Positions 14,110 through 26,727 of a stretch of 64,000 nucleotides of DNA are shown piece after piece. The stretch comes from Paraphysomonas bandaiensis (taxonomy: Eukaryota; Protista; Chrysophyceae). Position numbers and translations under genes: made by a program. Below the pieces are notes generated by a model. That model was not told the origin of the DNA. It saw only the letters and a program-made list of their open reading frames with translations, and ran no database searches. The stretch is from NCBI GenBank assembly GCA_965644295.1, contig CBFFRP010000335.1, positions 62,001-126,000 of the forward strand, read 5' to 3'. Each line of letters starts with the position of its first letter. Position 1 is the stretch's first letter.

Positions 14110-16643
14110 CTACAGTGACAAGAACTCATCAGGCTGACTGGCAGCGTCAAAATAAAGTCCAGTAGCCTCATCAGACGCTTCAAATTTTACCTCTTCACAA
14201 TCAGGAATCAGTGGACCTGGTTTAATCAGCAAATTTTCAAAGTCCACATCTTTAAAGTTGCAATGGCTCTGTACTTCTTTTCCACCTTTTTGTCCAAGTC
14301 TCTGATCAGGGTATTTCACCAATAATGAGGATATCAAGTCACGACATGCAGGGGGGGTCGTTTTCGGAAGGGCATTCCAATTTATAATGCCTTCAAGTAT
14401 ATGAAATTTAACTTGTTCTTCAGACAAGTATGATGCAAATGGAGTGACACCAGATATGAAGTGAAAGTACAACACCCCCACAGCCCACCAATCCACCGTA
14501 TGATCATATCCACACCCAGATATTACTTCTGGAGCGCAATAATTTACGTTCCCAACTATGGTTTTCATTAAACCTGTGTCCCCAAACAAAAAGCTTTGAC
14601 ATGAGCCATCACTCTGCTGATTGGTAACAGATGCAAAATTTTCTAACCACATGCTACGACAACTATCATCTTGGTCATCAGAGTTGTTCGTGGCCGAAGA
14701 GCCCACAACTCCACACTTTTTACGAAGGCGCTTATAAGGAGTAGCCATACCAAAATCCATCAGCTTTAAATGGCCCGCGGCGGTAATCAATAGATTGTCC
14801 GGTTTGATATCCCCTGATGCATATATCTTAAGACAATAGCAAATGTCAAAGTACTTACTGTGCACAATTCCATGGGAATGCAAAAACGATACAGCTAGTA
14901 TTAAATTAGATATCAAATGTAGGGCAACTTTAAAACTGAATCGCCCATTATCCATTGACTGCAGTATCTTCAAGCAATCGCCTCCCTGCAAGTATTAAAT
15001 TGGTGACATGGAATAGCGCTGCGCAATCAACAAGAGATTACCGGAACATATTCCTACATACAACTGTCAGCACAAACATATGATATTCGTTCACCATACC
15101 ATTACTATGAAAATATGATCCGCAGACTGGGTTGTAAAGTAAAGATTCAGGAACATGTCTGGAAATCTAAGACGAATTAGGAAACTACGGAATCCGACGT
15201 ATACGCTCAACCCACCTGGAAGTTGTATCCATGAGCCGGCACTCTCTTTTAACACGCTGTACCATTCCTTGTTGACGAAGAAATCGTTTATTCATAACCT
15301 AGTTTCACGTCAGGCAATTTGGAAATAAGTGGTGATGTAACCTTGGTCGCACATATTTCCCCAGTATCTTTTCTTCTGGACAAATATACTGTTGAAAAAG
15401 CTCCACTGCTTAAAATTTTTCCCACTTCGAAATCATTAAGTCCAAGAAAATGTTTGTAAAAAGCTATAAAATAGTTTTTCTTCACTTCCACCTTGCTAAT
15501 AAGTTAACAATACACTCTATTCAATAAATATACCTACCTGACTTCTTGCCTCATCTAGCAGTTCTAACATTTGTAATATTCCAGATTCCATTTCGTCGCA
15601 ATATATATGAGACCCTTGTGCACTAAGTTCCCCTTTGCGAATATCATCTAAAAGCTTCTTCAAATAAGTTTCTTCTTTATCAATATCTTCCTTCACAGAT
15701 GCAATTCGGCGCATATTCGCATTATCACAGGTTATTGACTGCACTCTGTTTATGTTAACTCATCAGAACGGAGCAATTTATAGTGTCGTCACAACGATAC
15801 CGTCTGAGAATGTGAACCACATTTCTCCTGTATGAAGATGAGGTATCAAATTGACTGATCGCAGCACCCATAAGCTTTTGCATTTCTTCCTTGTTCGAAC
15901 GCGTAATCGTGTTGATTCCCTAGTGGAATAATCATACGAGATAAAAAAGGACTGCTACTTACTTCTTGGAGTATCTCGTTTGACTTCTTAAACTTATCCA
16001 TAGAGGTATTCGAGTTGGCACAATTCGATATATGATTATCGACATCTTCATCCACGATATTCATTCCACAGAAAGAGCACTTGCGAGGGTTAATCCATTC
16101 ATCTTTAGATTCTGCTACAGGTGTAGCACGAGTTTCGTCAGCATAATGCGAATACGATGTACTGTCAGAGTTATGATTCTTCTTGTCGTCGTAATTCCTA
16201 GTTCTTTCGTGCTTAACAATGCTGCTTTGGTCGCTCAGACTAACGGCTGTGGTAGAGCACTTGCTATCGCTATCAGCACAATATACTAAAACTCAAATAT
16301 TAAACAAGCGAACTGTAAGGTATCACAATATCTTACGGTCAAAAAGATTTCTTGTACCGGTCCTATTCAATTGTATAGAGTTCACAGAAGAGAAATATTT
16401 ATCTTGTAGGCGAGAAACATTAACCTCGTACCACTCCTCACACTCTGTTGAGGTGAATCCAGGAAAATCAGTGATATCGTGATCGATTAGTACAAGAACT
16501 TCAGACGTTTCAAAGTTCTGAAACACTCTGAGGCGATTAGCAAGCGGTTTCAAGGGTATCGAAGTGGTCTTTACATCATGCGGGGTGGATTTGTCCATCG
16601 CTGAAGGTGACCTCGGGCTCGATATAGAAGCACCGTTTCCCAT
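14110..16643 (-). CDS. AGC-group Ser/Thr kinase (MAST/IRE/Greatwall-like), multi-exon, with N-terminal myristoylation-type MGNGAS
   Basis: LSSGAFSTVY, ATK, M|EYVP|GGD, H|RDIKPDNLL, DFG followed by a long insert, VGNVNYCAPE, DWWAVGV; GT-AG introns include a 12-nt micro-exon at 15042-15053. Linkage of the N-terminal exons (15517-16643) is inferred. Confidence 0.85.
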
Positions 16644-17252
16644 TCTAATTCCACTCTAATGGATCGATTGATGAGTAGGAAATTATCAAGTGTATTGCGT
16701 GACTGTTTAACGATCTCCAGACCACATACAGCCGAGTCTATACTCTCCTTCACAGTCACATTAAATATAGAGCGAAGAATGGAGTGATATACAGCACAGT
16801 GAGTGAGTGTGTGAGTATGCATATACTGTACACTGTACATCTGTACATGTCTCTATATATTGCTGTATGGATGTGTGCTCCTGAAACTGGAAAAAACTCG
16901 TGTAAGTATTCATTCTTCATGCACCAGCAGCAGTCAGAGCACATTGATACAATTTTCTCAAATTAGACACTAAAATATTCTAATTTCTTGCGTATATTGC
17001 AATTTCTAGGCGATTTCTTGTATTTTGAGGTGCATGCAGCATGTACTACTGCTGTATGTGTGTTGACAGCATGCACTCATATCAAGCAGTTGGAAGTTTC
17101 ACAGTTGCTAGTGGCAGAGGTGTTCTCATTCATAGTGCTTCCTGCATGTCAAATCCAAGGCCACCAATTCAACATGGAATTCCTCGTGCAGGAATTCTTT
17201 TGAAGGTTTGTCATCTATTAGGAGTCGTATAGTGTTGTGCGAGTAGACTGAC

Positions 17253-19403
17253 ATGGTGTGGTGGTGTGATTCATGTGGTGGGGAGAATGAAGATGATGCT
17301 GCATACAGCTGTGAGCATTGTGGCTTTCAATACTATGATCCACAAGGAGAAGCTCCTGTTATCGAGGTAGACTATTCGAAACGAAAATCATATAAGAAGA
17401 AAAGTGTATGTGACAGTTGCTTCCATAAACACTATGAAGGAGAATATTGTCATGTTTTCATTGAGCGAGATATCACTCTTGCGTCACAGAGCGGTGATGC
17501 TGATGATAACGACGAATCGGAAGACGATTTTGAGGGATCGGATGGGGAAGTTAGTGAAAAGTCGTCTGATGATGGCGACATACTGAAGAAAATAATGAAA
17601 AGTAGTCAAAAGGAAGAAGTGGTCAATAACCCACTTGATACTCCTGATTTTGTTTTATCGTGTGGATACGAGAGGTGCAATTGTAATGTTGGAATTCCTT
17701 CGACAGATTATGACTTCATTCCGCTTCCGAAACCATTTTATGTTGATGACATTAAAATATTGACTTATGAGTTTCAAGGAAGTAAAAGTGATCCTGAAGA
17801 TCTGACGGGAGTGATTCGGGAAAAAAATATACGTAGGTTAAATAATGAAGTGTCATACTTTATGCCACATATTCTAAGCTTTTTGGACTTGGGTCAGTGT
17901 GCCAATGTGGCTAAATGCTGTTCAAGTTGGAATCAAGGAACGAATAACTATGGTTTGTACAGAGATGTACGTGATTGCGTACCGTGGCAACTGTTCAGAC
18001 CACATTCAGCTCAGGTATTCTGCACGTGATATTACTTATTTGAGAATCATGGGAAATATAGGTTGATTCTATCGTTGTTATTGATCGAAAGGTATTCTCT
18101 GGCGGAGACAGACGTGTGTATGTTAGTGATATGGACACTGGAGAAATGCTGCATCAGGTATGACAGCATATATTTGCCAAGTGCTAGGTTTATACTTGCA
18201 AAGGTAACAAGGGATACGGGAATTATTCCATTACTAGTTCATATGGATGACACAATCCTCTGTTGTTCTTCTAATGGGGCGATACGTATATTCAATTTGA
18301 TGCATAACGTGAAAAGAATTCAATTGGTAAGTGTGTGCTTTGTGACGATTAAGCGAGGTATAATTGGAGTGTCGATAGAAATTGACGATGTGGGAACATG
18401 CCAAAAGAGTGACTCATATTCTACTGGGAGACCGGTCAATCGGAAATTGTGAACGTCATGGAGTTGAGAATCATATTTGTCATATTTATACTGCCTCAGA
18501 AGACAGGTGCATCACTTATAAATGGAGCTATTAATTTGACTAATGAACCATTTGTAGAAGTATTCGAGTATGGGATATGAACAGTAATCTTCCTATAAAA
18601 ACTGTGAAGTCTAGAATGTGAGCGAAATACTCCGTTGTTTATCGTATTTAACACTGGCAATGCAGGATTCGCCGACATACTGTCCAATGCTTGACAAAGT
18701 CTAACCGCCACTTAATGGCTGGCACTACCGGAGGAACTGTAAGTTGTGTAAAATGTTTGATTTTTGAATAACACATTAGCAGGTGATGGTATTTTCCACT
18801 ACAAATGTTTGTGAAAGGGAGGATGTTCATGACTGCTTAGTTGCCGTGGAAGAACCACCCAAATCTACTGAAGGAGTGGGGGTTGTAAAAAAGGACAAAG
18901 TGGACAGCGTTGATAAATCACTCTGCCTACAAATTAATTTGCGACTGCCTGATGTGAAAGATGAAAGTGGTGGCCCTCCTGGTGTTACTTCGTTAACTTG
19001 CTCCGGTCCACATGGGCTTCAATCTTATCTTTTCGCAGGCGATACCACCGGCAGACTGACTATATGGAATATTCCTGATGTTGGTTTAGAATTTTCTCCG
19101 GCAAAATCCTGGAAGCCACACAAGAGAGCTATAGCTGATATGAAAACGACTTATTCCCACTTAATCACGGCCGGTTATGATGGAATGGTAATGATTTTCA
19201 ATCTTGAAACGTTGTTAAAAGTGAGGTCAATCAATGTTCTGGAGTGGGCTATTCACAAAGAGCTTGTACCACCAGAGTTTGTGTCTTTGCCTCGGATGGT
19301 TACATGTATGCACGTTGAAGAAGATTACGAAAATGGGGGCTCTTGTATAGTTGGAACTTCTCTTGGAGAAATTATAGTCATGTCTATTGGAGTAAATATT
19401 TAG
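17253..19403 (+). CDS. RanBP2-type zinc finger + F-box-like + WD40-repeat protein, multi-exon
   Basis: WWCDSCGGEN...CEHCG; MPHILSFLDLGQCANVAKCCSSWN; LFAGDTTGRLTIWN and LITAGYDGMVMIFN WD-like repeats; GT-AG introns between the ORFs. Confidence 0.7.
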
Positions 19404-19954
19404 AAGCTAGAATAGTAAGACCTTATTCAGCATTTTTGTACCTATTAATTATGAATAAACGAATTTCAAAATTCGCATATTCAATAGAAATGAGTCCTCA
19501 GTGATATTCTTCACATACTACAAAGACATCATACACAACTAAGTAGTGCTTCAAGTACTCGATAAATTGCTAACATAACGGATTACATCTGTTCTATTAG
19601 CCGTAACAGAGAACAGAGTGAATACTGCTTTATATTTATACTGCTTTATGCCTTACGTCACTATGATGGGGCATAATTTTTACATTAAGCCTCAGAAATA
19701 TAACTGGGCTGGTTATAAACGTATAGTAATATTATCGAAGTTCGAAGGGACGCTAACAAACAATAGTATTGCCATCAATTAATTGATACGCAGCCCTGGT
19801 ACTGCCGGTGTCATTTTTGAACGTACTATTGAAAATTACTCATTATAAGCTAGATCACAGAGAGAATTTGTCGTAAGACTAGATAGATTTATTAATATCG
19901 TTTACACGAAGTTGTGATAACCAACACTAACTCATTATAATCCCTGCATAATAT

Positions 19955-20120
19955 CCTACATATGCGAACCTCTCGTTACTGAACATATCTTGAAAGATCA
20001 AACTATTTCAGTTTCTCAATATCATCACAGCATTTGTACATCACTATATTTCACTGTATTCACGTACATTGTCTTCAAGTGACATACTGAATATACTAGA
20101 ATAAGATCCATATTCTAATA
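19955..20120 (+). repeat. Dispersed repeat, inverted relative to the copy at 53027-53295
   Basis: ttgaaagatcaaactatttcagtttctcaatatca...tgtcttcaagtgacatactgaat is the reverse complement of 53027-53295. Confidence 0.85.
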
Positions 20121-20360
20121 CCTACTAAATTTTTCATTTGTTCCTAGTAGTAGTAAATGTCTTTGTTCCTACTAAACTAAAAAATGACATTTGAGACGTA
20201 TTGAAACTTAGTAGAATCGATTTTTTAACATAGTAGGAATATCTGAAAAAAATATTAGGCTCAGCTGTCATTTTTATTTTAATAGGAACGTCCGCAAAAT
20301 TTAGTAGGAAGGAATGGCACTTTTTAGTTTAGTAGAAACGTCGGATAAATTTAGTAGGGA
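20119..20360. mobile_element. Foldback/MITE-like element with TAGTAGGA subrepeats
   Basis: cctactaaattt pairs with aaatttagtagg, and gttcctactaaactaaaaaatgacatt with aatggcactttttagtttagtagaaac; multiple ttagtag(g)aa units. Confidence 0.55.
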
Positions 20361-20728
20361 CAAATATATACTCCGATAATATTGCAGTATATTGTATACT
20401 ATTGTTTCTAGCCTTGGTTTATTTTCCATTTTATTGCTCTTTGTAGTTGTATTTCCCAATTACGTAAAAATGTGTAGGTTTAAGTTGAGAAAGAATAAAA
20501 ACTATGCTTCCAAGAGGGATAATTTACGAGTACAATTGCCGCTATAAAATAACAGTATCAATACTAAAGACTGTGGCTTCCTGTATATGTAGTAGCTGTG
20601 TAGTAAATTATACGCAATGGTGAATATTATTTAGTTGCTTCAGAAAATGATTAATCGATGTACGACAGACAATAAAATACGAATCTGACCAAATGAGTAC
20701 CAAATAGCTATCAGATAAGCTGATCACA

Positions 20729-21768
20729 TCATCGTAGTAATATCCACCTAAAGATGAACTTAGCAGCAAGAAAGTGTAGTAAAAAGTTACGTACCATACA
20801 CTGAAGCACAATATCAACGCCACCACAAGACCTATAATCAGAGATTCTCGATATTTTTTTCTTTGAATTCCATCAATTAAACTGTCAAAAGTTGGTACCT
20901 TAGCTGGGGAAAATATGAGCAAAATATGTAAATGGGGCGTGCCAAACACCTGATAGGCCAGATAAATTCCCTGATGCACCAGATAACGAACTTCTTTGCG
21001 ATGCCAAAGAAGAACGCGTATCAAAAGCTTCACTGTATTAAAATACGGTTAAAGTATAAACAACTACAAATCAATTTGATGAACCTGATGATATCGTTAA
21101 CGCTCTTCAGTGATGCCGCAATACTGCTTCTTTCCCTTAATAATTTGGCAACAGAAGAGTCATGTTGTTCGGCATGTAGCTTCTTTGATGACTGAAATAA
21201 CTCCATACTCTCGCGCTTTCGGTTAACAGCCGTCTGCATACCTCATTACGCTTTCTATTATTAATCTACAATTATACCAATGTGGCTTTGAATTCGGCGC
21301 TGTAATCGAAGTGAATCTCTTGATATCGTTTGATGAGCATATCTTGGTGATGTGCTAAACTGGATGAAGTCAGTTGGTTGCAGTGACGCATTCCATCAAT
21401 GCAATTAGAAAGCTAAAAAAAATAAATCAAACGTGCTGCTATAAGCCAGCAAGCTCATACTTCATTGAGGTCATTCTCTATATCGCTACTAAGTTCCTGC
21501 TCCTCTTTGTTCTCTAATAACGGGTTTTCTAGCAACTCAGATATAAGAATACGTGAAAGAGAACGACTTATCTAATACCTTCATCACACAAAAAATCTGC
21601 GCTAATTTTTTGAGCCAGTGAGGCGTATCGCTGGATCTTGGTCTGCATGTAGTGTATACAACAGCGCATCGCATCAACAATATGACTCTACAATATAAAC
21701 ATCTTCATTACCTCCAGACGACTTTCCAGTGACTTAGCAGTACGATGTAATTCTCCCCACTGCGCCAT
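20729..21768 (-). CDS. GOS1: Golgi SNARE GOS1/GOSR1 (Gos28), about 7 exons
   Basis: Spliced: MAQWGELHRTAKSLESRLE|TKIQRYASL...KRYQEIHFDYSAEF...LLRERSSI...KVPTFDSLIDGIQRKKYRESLIIGLVVALILCFSVW|WILLR*; C-terminal TM anchor. Confidence 0.85.
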
Positions 21769-22332
21769 CTAATCGAATAATAATTTGGTAAGGTTTATAG
21801 TAACGCAGACCAGAGTGATCCTGCTGCTGCCCTGTGGTTAAACCAATACACGGACATACACAGTAGCAGTATACGAGTGTATACAGAGTACTCTCAATAC
21901 AACTACGTACGAAAGAGTATGATACGCATTGTATTCTTGATTAGATAGTTAGGAGAAAGTATTCCTACTATTCTGTATTTCAAGATGTGTGTATTGCAAT
22001 AAAAATGGCAGGTTTTGACGGAACAGCCGTATTCAGTATTTAGGTTTTGTGCTGTAGTCCTCCTGGTGTAGGCCAATGAATGGCGGGTACAACTCAAGAA
22101 TACGCAGTAAATTCTTGTGGAACGCATCGACTGATGATTGGCTTATGCTTGAACTTCAGGTATTTTATTGGTACGATAAACTACAGCATGTATGTACACT
22201 GTGCCATATACAGCACAGCACCCTCACTCATGATGTTCTGCTAAGGAACTCTGTCATTTCGTTCCATTTCATGACCAGATAGAGTATATTTTGAGACCTC
22301 GTATCATTTTTCCAGCTAGATAACGGGTTGTT

Positions 22333-23412
22333 ATGGCATCTGAACATGTAGATGACTTAGAGGACTGGCAAGAATGGGACCGATCTAAGCTCTCCTTTGT
22401 TCACCATATGGTTGCTGGAAGCTTTGCTGGTCTTGCTGAGCATGTCTCCATATTTCCTATGGATACTCTCAAGACTAATATTCAGTGTGAAAAGTGTGGA
22501 TCGAGCAGTCCGTTCAAAACTTTAAGCTGTGCTAAGAGAATAGTCAAGAATGATGGTATACTGCGCCTATGGAGGGGAGTTGGTGCAATGTTTTTGGGTT
22601 GTATTCCAGGTAAGAGTGAACGTAATTTTCTGGTTTCAGTGATGTTTAATTTCTATGCTACAGCACATGCTGCATACTTTAGTTTGTTCGAAACTATGAG
22701 AACTGCATTGGGCGCTGATCAAAAAGGGCATTTTCCGATGGAAGCAGCGTTGTGTGGCGCAGTTGCAACGTTTGCGCACGATTTCATTATGACACCTTTT
22801 GATGTCGTGAAGCAACGTCTACAGCTAGGGTATCACAAGAATATTTTTGATTGTGCACGGTCAATTGTGCGTCTTGAAGGACCAAGTGCGTTGTACTTAT
22901 CTTTTCCGACAACTGTAATGATGAATTTACCATATGGATGTATCATGGTGGCGACTAATGAATCAGCTCGCAAAATATTAAATCCTGATGGTGGGTATTG
23001 CTTGCAGACGTCAATGTTGGCCGGAATCTTGTCGGGTGCTGTGGCATCTGCTGTAACGACGCCGCTTGATGTAGTTAAAACTCGCCTTCAGACTCAAGAT
23101 TTAGTTTCTCGGTCAGTTTCATCGAGTGTGACCCCAAGACCACAAACTGTGGTGAATACATTATCGACTTCTAATCTCTACCCTAGATATATGGCGTCTG
23201 TAACAGCTGCAGAAAAGAACCCATTTGGTGGAGGTATGCATGCAACTCCGCGGTATAGCACAATGAGACAAACCATACAGCGCATCATTGTAGAAGAAGG
23301 ATATTTAGCTTTTTGGAAAGGCGTTCTCCCTAGAATGATGGTGCATTCTCCTTCTGTTGCAATTTCGTGGACAGCATACGAATTTGCGAAGTTATGTATG
23401 GAAAAGTTTTAG
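22333..23412 (+). CDS. Mitochondrial carrier, mitoferrin (MRS3/4-like)
   Basis: HMVAGSFAGLAEH, three PxDxxK motifs, PAHAAYF, MNLPY; 54-nt in-frame intron 22610-22663 hidden inside the ORF. Confidence 0.9.
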   Translation: MASEHVDDLEDWQEWDRSKLSFVHHMVAGSFAGLAEHVSIFPMDTLKTNIQCEKCGSSSPFKTLSCAKRIVKNDGILRLWRGVGAMFLGCIPGKSERNFLVSVMFNFYATAHAAYFSLFETMRTALGADQKGHFPMEAALCGAVATFAHDFIMTPFDVVKQRLQLGYHKNIFDCARSIVRLEGPSALYLSFPTTVMMNLPYGCIMVATNESARKILNPDGGYCLQTSMLAGILSGAVASAVTTPLDVVKTRLQTQDLVSRSVSSSVTPRPQTVVNTLSTSNLYPRYMASVTAAEKNPFGGGMHATPRYSTMRQTIQRIIVEEGYLAFWKGVLPRMMVHSPSVAISWTAYEFAKLCMEKF

Positions 23413-24968
23413 TGAAGTTACAAACTATTTTGTTCATAGAATAGTATAATATGTGGTATATATTCCTTGTAAAGTACGGAAAGTGGCAGGTCAACATAAT
23501 TCTAACACGCTCGTTATGGATTAGTTATGTATTTAGGAGAAAAAGGAGGGGGATGTACAGCCATAGTCTTAGATTGCATGGTTATTCTTTCGTTGGAATC
23601 TGACTGAATAAATAGTATAAGTATTTTGTTGTACTTGTATGCCTACTTTCACCTGGCGAAAACCTCACTTGTTTTTTATCGACCTTGTAAAAAGATCATT
23701 ACTCCACACTCCACATAGCTGCCAAGATTGTGAAGAAAGCAATAGTACAATATATATCTTGACAGAGATATATTGTTGAACACACAAAACAGACGACGAA
23801 GAGAAAAAAAGTCAGTTTCCTTTCTTTTCATCTAGGAAGTTGAAAACAATATTTTCGTCGTCTGCTTAGTGTTTGTATTGAACCTGTCAATATGGTTGAA
23901 TTATTTCGTCACTATAAATTATGGGTGTGGCCTCAGGCAATGCAATAAATAATTTAACTGAATGAATTTTGAATTTTGACTATTAGTTATTAATTAATGA
24001 CGAAATTTTGCTGTTGGTAAGCAACAGGGTTGCGTAAGAATACAGTAGTGGTTAACTTATGAGAACTAACTATATGGTAGTTGGTAGAAAGGTTACAGTA
24101 ATGAAACTGAAATATATTGATCGTATAAGATCTGGACTATCCAAAATAATTGATAGTTGCGATAACATGAATTTGACGAATGACAATATGTATGACAAGT
24201 GATATTGATCAAAATTTATAATTTAAGCTTTAATCAAGGTCAGTTACTTAAGCTCTTTCACCACTCCAAACATGACAACACTTGATATCGTCTATTTGGC
24301 TAGATAGGTACCAAAGTTGGAGTGACTAGATAACACAGGCAGAGGTACACTTTTCAACCAGCAGGTCTAGGCAATAGGCAACAATATATTATTCCAATAC
24401 TATTGTTAGATATATCACCTTTTAAACCGACCCAATTCAACTCAATATATTGTTGCCATCTCCTTATCAATAATGCATACAAAGATACAAAGTGTTGTAT
24501 CAAATATCAAATTACCTACCAAGTACCAAATTAGCAACTTTACACACAGCAACATCATCCATTCCGTTATCGCTTCATCATAACGCTCTCTTATTCTTAT
24601 TCTGACCATAGCAAACAATAGACTCTGAGAAGATCTAGACTATCTAGAATCTAGAAAATTGACCCTGCGAATGATGAACGACCGCTGCTGACTCCTTTTT
24701 CTATCATGTGGTTGTCTAGAAACAAGTTTTTTACAAGCACGAACTTTATTAAACTTATATTCTAAGTGGGTAATATCAAGGGATCCAGTCTGAAATAGTT
24801 AGAGTAGCTACGTAGTATCAGTGAAGCCAAATAATTACTATATAATTACCAAATGACTGACTCAACATAGTATTGTAATTCCATAGCAGCTACACTAAAA
24901 ATTGAAATACCTCCAAGACACACTGAACACAATAAAAATTTACACATAGTGTAATACAGACCCAGATT

Positions 24969-26337
24969 TCACGAGTCAAATAGATTGACTTTCAGTTGTG
25001 GTGGTGCAACTGCCCTGTAATTCAGAGCCCTTCCCTCAACCTTAACGTTTTCCAAGTTGTATACTTGAGCCAACAGGGGGTGTTCTGTCTCCCTAACAGT
25101 TTGAGGTGGAGCTGGAAGCGAATCGGTAGTGGTGTCTACTTCTGTGGGAGAAGACGGTGGAACCAGGGATGAAGTGTTAAGGTATGGGGCGGAGACACAG
25201 AGAACCTGTTCAGGAGATGGGGGAGGAACATTGTGCCCAAGGTTATACATGGACACGAAGCCACAAAACCCATCTACATCTACACACAAGAAAGTTTCTG
25301 GTGGGATGTCTCCTTTTGTAGCTGGCATAAGAACGCACACCGCTAAAGAGGTCCCCACATTTTCACCCGGGAGGAGGGAACGGAAACCCACACACCCATG
25401 AGAGTGTCGCGAACTCTTAAGTCTAGCAACTATTTTGTCCAATCGTTTGCGTTGCACGTAACCGGTATGAGCCACCAGCTCCTTTGTTCTGGTCAGAAAT
25501 GATCGTACATCATCACCCGCTTCCGTTGCCTCCGTGAACGAAGGGTCAATGCTTACTGAGCGAGCATAGCTAGACACAGCTGCAGCATACTCCTGTAAAT
25601 ACCGATGTACGTTGCCGCGATTGTAAAATAAATCTGGATTGCAGTCCCCTCCTAACGATTCACTCTTAGTGTACGCAGTAAGTGCTTTTTTGAGATCAGA
25701 AACATCCTGAGAGACTGAGAAAAAACGCATACAGTGGGCGTTACCGAACACATACCACGATTTATGGTCATTGAGGTCCAACTGAATAGCCCGCTTGGCA
25801 AGACGAATGCTTTCGTCCATTGCTACACTTGGATCCTCCCCCTGGACTCGAATTTGTCGAGTAATCATGCTTAAATCTTGTAGAGCTTCCTGTGTCTCTC
25901 CATACTGAAGAGATTCGTTCAAGAAATGCTTCGCCTGCGACAAGTTTCCTTTTTTCCACGCACACTGGCCCAGAGCTATCCATGCACTAACATTAGAAGG
26001 GTCTAACTTAACAGCTTTTGTCAACCACTCTTCAGCTGACGCAGTAAACTCATCAATGGCATTCAGTGACTTTCCCTTAATGAAGGCCACCTCGCCTGGT
26101 GGAGCTGCGTCATACATCATACAAGTTATAAGGCGCCATGCGCACCACACCTTCAGGTAAGTCAGCAAGCATAGAATTAATCTCTTCGATTAAAGATCTC
26201 ATCATATCCTACAAAAATGCACATGATATTACATAATTCATCACACTGACACGCACTTGTTTCTCGTGACGATCTGAGCAGAAATACCAGTCATGGATCG
26301 CATACAGCTCGTTAAACTTGTTGTAAACTTCTTCCAT
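24969..26337 (-). CDS. TTC5: Tetratricopeptide repeat protein 5 (TTC5/STRAP) homolog
   Basis: KAVKLDP, QDLSMITRQI, SWYVFGNA, NPDLFYNRG and a C-terminal OB-like region; two short upstream exons start MEEVYNKFNELYAIHDWYF. Confidence 0.85.
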
Positions 26338-26727
26338 AGTTTACCACTCTTCTGGAACTACCAGGCACAGATCGTGTTATTCTTCTATCTATTAGCGTGC
26401 GATCTACCTCTACTCTGCTGTATGCTGTGCACGTCTATCTACACGACTGCCTGTTTATGTACACAGCAGCAGTGTATTTTTTTAAATGTGTTGCAGTGTA
26501 TGTATCCGTTTTCACTACTACCAAATTTCATAACTGAAAATCCATTCAAGATACTATTCAACTAAAAAATCTTTATAAAACAGATGTGACGATGTGACGA
26601 TGATACCCTTTGACGCAGACGTAGATACGCATATATGTATATGTGAGGATACGACATGACACGAGTTGCTCACTCTCTCACTTTCTAAAGGTACTACCCG
26701 TGTAACTCCGATACAAAGCTATAAACA

